A program made the position numbers and the translations under genes. This document shows, piece after piece, positions 62,070 through 64,000 of a stretch of 64,000 nucleotides of DNA; position 1 is the first letter of the stretch; each line of letters starts with the position of its first letter. This DNA is from Lepidodermella squamata (taxonomy: Eukaryota; Animalia; Gastrotricha). The stretch spans positions 3,100,001-3,164,000 of the forward strand of contig JBLDXI010000029.1 of NCBI GenBank assembly GCA_047495785.1. The letters run 5' to 3'. The notes under the pieces are model-generated. The model saw nothing but the letters and a program-made list of their open reading frames with translations, made no database searches and had not been told where the DNA came from.

Positions 62070-64000
62070 CTAAAAGAGGGAATCGCTCCTTCTCATCAGC
62101 TGCATGAAATCAATCATGAAATGGCCGTGCGCGAAAGTGTTGATGCCATCATCACTGACCCATCGCTTATCATCATAGGGACACAGGGCAACCTTGGAAC
62201 TTTGCATCGTAACTAAGTTATGGGAGAATGATCGAATCTGATTGAAATTTATATTGACTACTTTCTTGTTCTTCACGCAATCCCTGTAATGGTCGAATGT
62301 CAGCTTCGACTTCACGCCCTGCCGCTTAACTCCCTTCGCCTTTTTTATTTCATCTTTTTCTGAGTACAAAATTGCATAGACCTTGGATCGTGCTCCGGCG
62401 AATTCTCGTATTACACGTCCCTTTGCTTCGTCTTTAAATACGCCGTTAGTTTTACAGTTGACAGTTGAGAATAGGAAGTGATCTTTAGGATAATCAGAGA
62501 AATCGAATAGGTTTTCGATGGGTTTCATGTCTGTGTAAACGTCTCCAGTTGTGATATGGTAGCACAACGAATCTGTGTCTGTGAAAAGAAGCTTAGCTTT
62601 GTCGCCGTACTTTCGTTTGATGACATTGTAGTGGAAGTCGTACATATGCACCTTGGACAAATCCAAAATGGCTGCTCCAACGATAATTGGTCGATCATAA
62701 AAGATCTCAGTTTTTGCCATTTCCACGCTGAACAGCTCGTCACTTATCTTCTTAGCGTCCTTGAATGTTGGTTTGTTTACGAGTTTCTGAAGCTTCTTAG
62801 GGCAAGTAACCAGTTTTAAGTCAATGCGATTCCGAACGTTCTCACAAGTTTTACCGAAAATGACGTTATTCATCAGTTTGAAAAACCCCTTCTCAAATTC
62901 ATTGCTAGCCTCTTTTCGCTTTCGAGTATTGAATGCGATATAGGGCTCGGCCCAATTGCTCTGTTTGAACTTCAAAGCTCGGTGCACCTTTTTCAGAACT
63001 AGACCATTATCAAGAGCTTGCTGTAGCGCGCGATAGTGCATGACGTAATGTTTCTTGTCGTTCAGGTTTTGTGTTAGCTTTTTCACCTTCGCCGGCCTGT
63101 TAAGTCCTAATTGCTTATGCAGATCTTGCATGTGAGGGCTCGGTTCGCAAAGAATATGCTCTGGACAGAACGGATAGTCATTATGTGAGTCATGAAGCCT
63201 TGCAGGATAGTCGATATCAACCTCCAGCATGTACCCGAATTCGTCTTGGTCCCCAAGTGACTTCACAAAATCTTTGGTGATTGTTTCAGGGCCAATCCAT
63301 TCGAAGTCTTTCTGCGGTAACCACTGGGTCATCGCGAAAGAATAAAGAGCGTTGGCGTCCCAATACATTATAAACGATTTCGGAGCATTTGCGTCATAGT
63401 CTGTCATACCCTCGTTATTAGCCTTCGCGTACCTCCCAGGAATAACAGCTATACCGCCTCTTATGCCTTTTTCAACGAATTCAAGCATCTCCTTATTATC
63501 AAAGAGATCCAGTTCAACACGTGTGTATTTCAACATCGCGTCCCAACTTAACCCAGGTGCACCTAAATAATGCGCCGGGTCCAGATCGTAATAGCTTTTG
63601 CAGGTGTCTCGAAAACTGTCAAAACAATCTGCTAACAAGAGAACATCTGTTTTCAAATACAGGTCGTGGTAGTCTTTCAGAGTTTTGCAATTCAGTTTTG
63701 ACCAAACGGCTTGTGCGTGTTCATAATCCTCGTCAGATATAGAAGTTATTTCGATTTTGTTATCATCAAGCGAACAAGAATTTAGTCTGCATGAGAAATG
63801 TGACTTATTCGGTAGCTGAGTTTCATTCAGTTTGTCGAGGCTATCTATATAATCGTACGGATACACTCCCTTACGAAGTAGCAGGGATCTTTGTTCAGTT
63901 GTGAACTTAGAAAGCTGTTCATCAAAATGAGCGAATCTCTTTCCCGATTTTTTCAGATTACTGACTATCTGGTCCAGGCTTTCACTCATAAACTGAAACG
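62070..64000 (-). CDS. polB: Protein-primed family B DNA polymerase (Polinton/adintovirus type), 5' part outside the window
   Basis: KGVYPYDY, YLKTDVLLLAD, IRGG, WDANALYSFAM, KLMNNVIFGK, FTDTDS, KAKGV and DDKR in an uninterrupted frame of at least 639 aa. Confidence 0.95.
   Translation of the reverse strand, partial: FQFMSESLDQIVSNLKKSGKRFAHFDEQLSKFTTEQRSLLLRKGVYPYDYIDSLDKLNETQLPNKSHFSCRLNSCSLDDNKIEITSISDEDYEHAQAVWSKLNCKTLKDYHDLYLKTDVLLLADCFDSFRDTCKSYYDLDPAHYLGAPGLSWDAMLKYTRVELDLFDNKEMLEFVEKGIRGGIAVIPGRYAKANNEGMTDYDANAPKSFIMYWDANALYSFAMTQWLPQKDFEWIGPETITKDFVKSLGDQDEFGYMLEVDIDYPARLHDSHNDYPFCPEHILCEPSPHMQDLHKQLGLNRPAKVKKLTQNLNDKKHYVMHYRALQQALDNGLVLKKVHRALKFKQSNWAEPYIAFNTRKRKEASNEFEKGFFKLMNNVIFGKTCENVRNRIDLKLVTCPKKLQKLVNKPTFKDAKKISDELFSVEMAKTEIFYDRPIIVGAAILDLSKVHMYDFHYNVIKRKYGDKAKLLFTDTDSLCYHITTGDVYTDMKPIENLFDFSDYPKDHFLFSTVNCKTNGVFKDEAKGRVIREFAGARSKVYAILYSEKDEIKKAKGVKRQGVKSKLTFDHYRDCVKNKKVVNINFNQIRSFSHNLVTMQSSKVALCPYDDKRWVSDDGINTFAHGHFMIDFMQLMRRSDSLF

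Larger units (their letters stand above)
61030..64000 (-). mobile_element. Polinton/Maverick (adintovirus-like) segment, truncated by the window edge; left boundary uncertain
   Basis: Intronless protein-primed-type PolB plus a small ORF in an otherwise intron-rich genome. Including 61030-61750 in the element is inferred from adjacency. Confidence 0.75.

Overview
This is eukaryotic, animal-type genomic DNA with many short (about 45-60 nt) GT-AG introns and an interstitial (TTAGGG)n remnant. It is a TE-rich, locally duplicated region. Host genes, from models I spliced by hand: a divergent Cys-loop ion channel, an EGF/lectin-like/PAN/fibrinogen-like mosaic, two paralogous type-I membrane proteins, five members of an unrecognised Cys/Thr/Ala-rich secreted family (one pseudogene, one chimera), three intronless ~8-TM paralogues, an intron-containing bacterial-looking beta-lactamase-fold serine hydrolase with a decayed copy, a divergent homeobox gene with Arg50, and a head-to-head pair of Ly6/three-finger genes. 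Mobile DNA: a decayed PIF/Harbinger, a young full-length Gypsy element nested in a dead hAT, a Helitron remnant, LINE fragments, several MITEs and, at the right edge, a Polinton/Maverick-type PolB segment. The most striking unexplained signal lies next to that PolB (61030-61660). It consists of two inverted B-boxes, an A-box-initiated ~320-nt element built from about 8 small pseudoknot/hairpin modules with A-rich linkers, and a second tRNA-like A/B-box gene. I interpret it as a candidate Polinton-encoded Pol III non-coding RNA locus analogous to adenovirus VA RNAs. All calls come from reading the sequence; no searches or folding programs were run.
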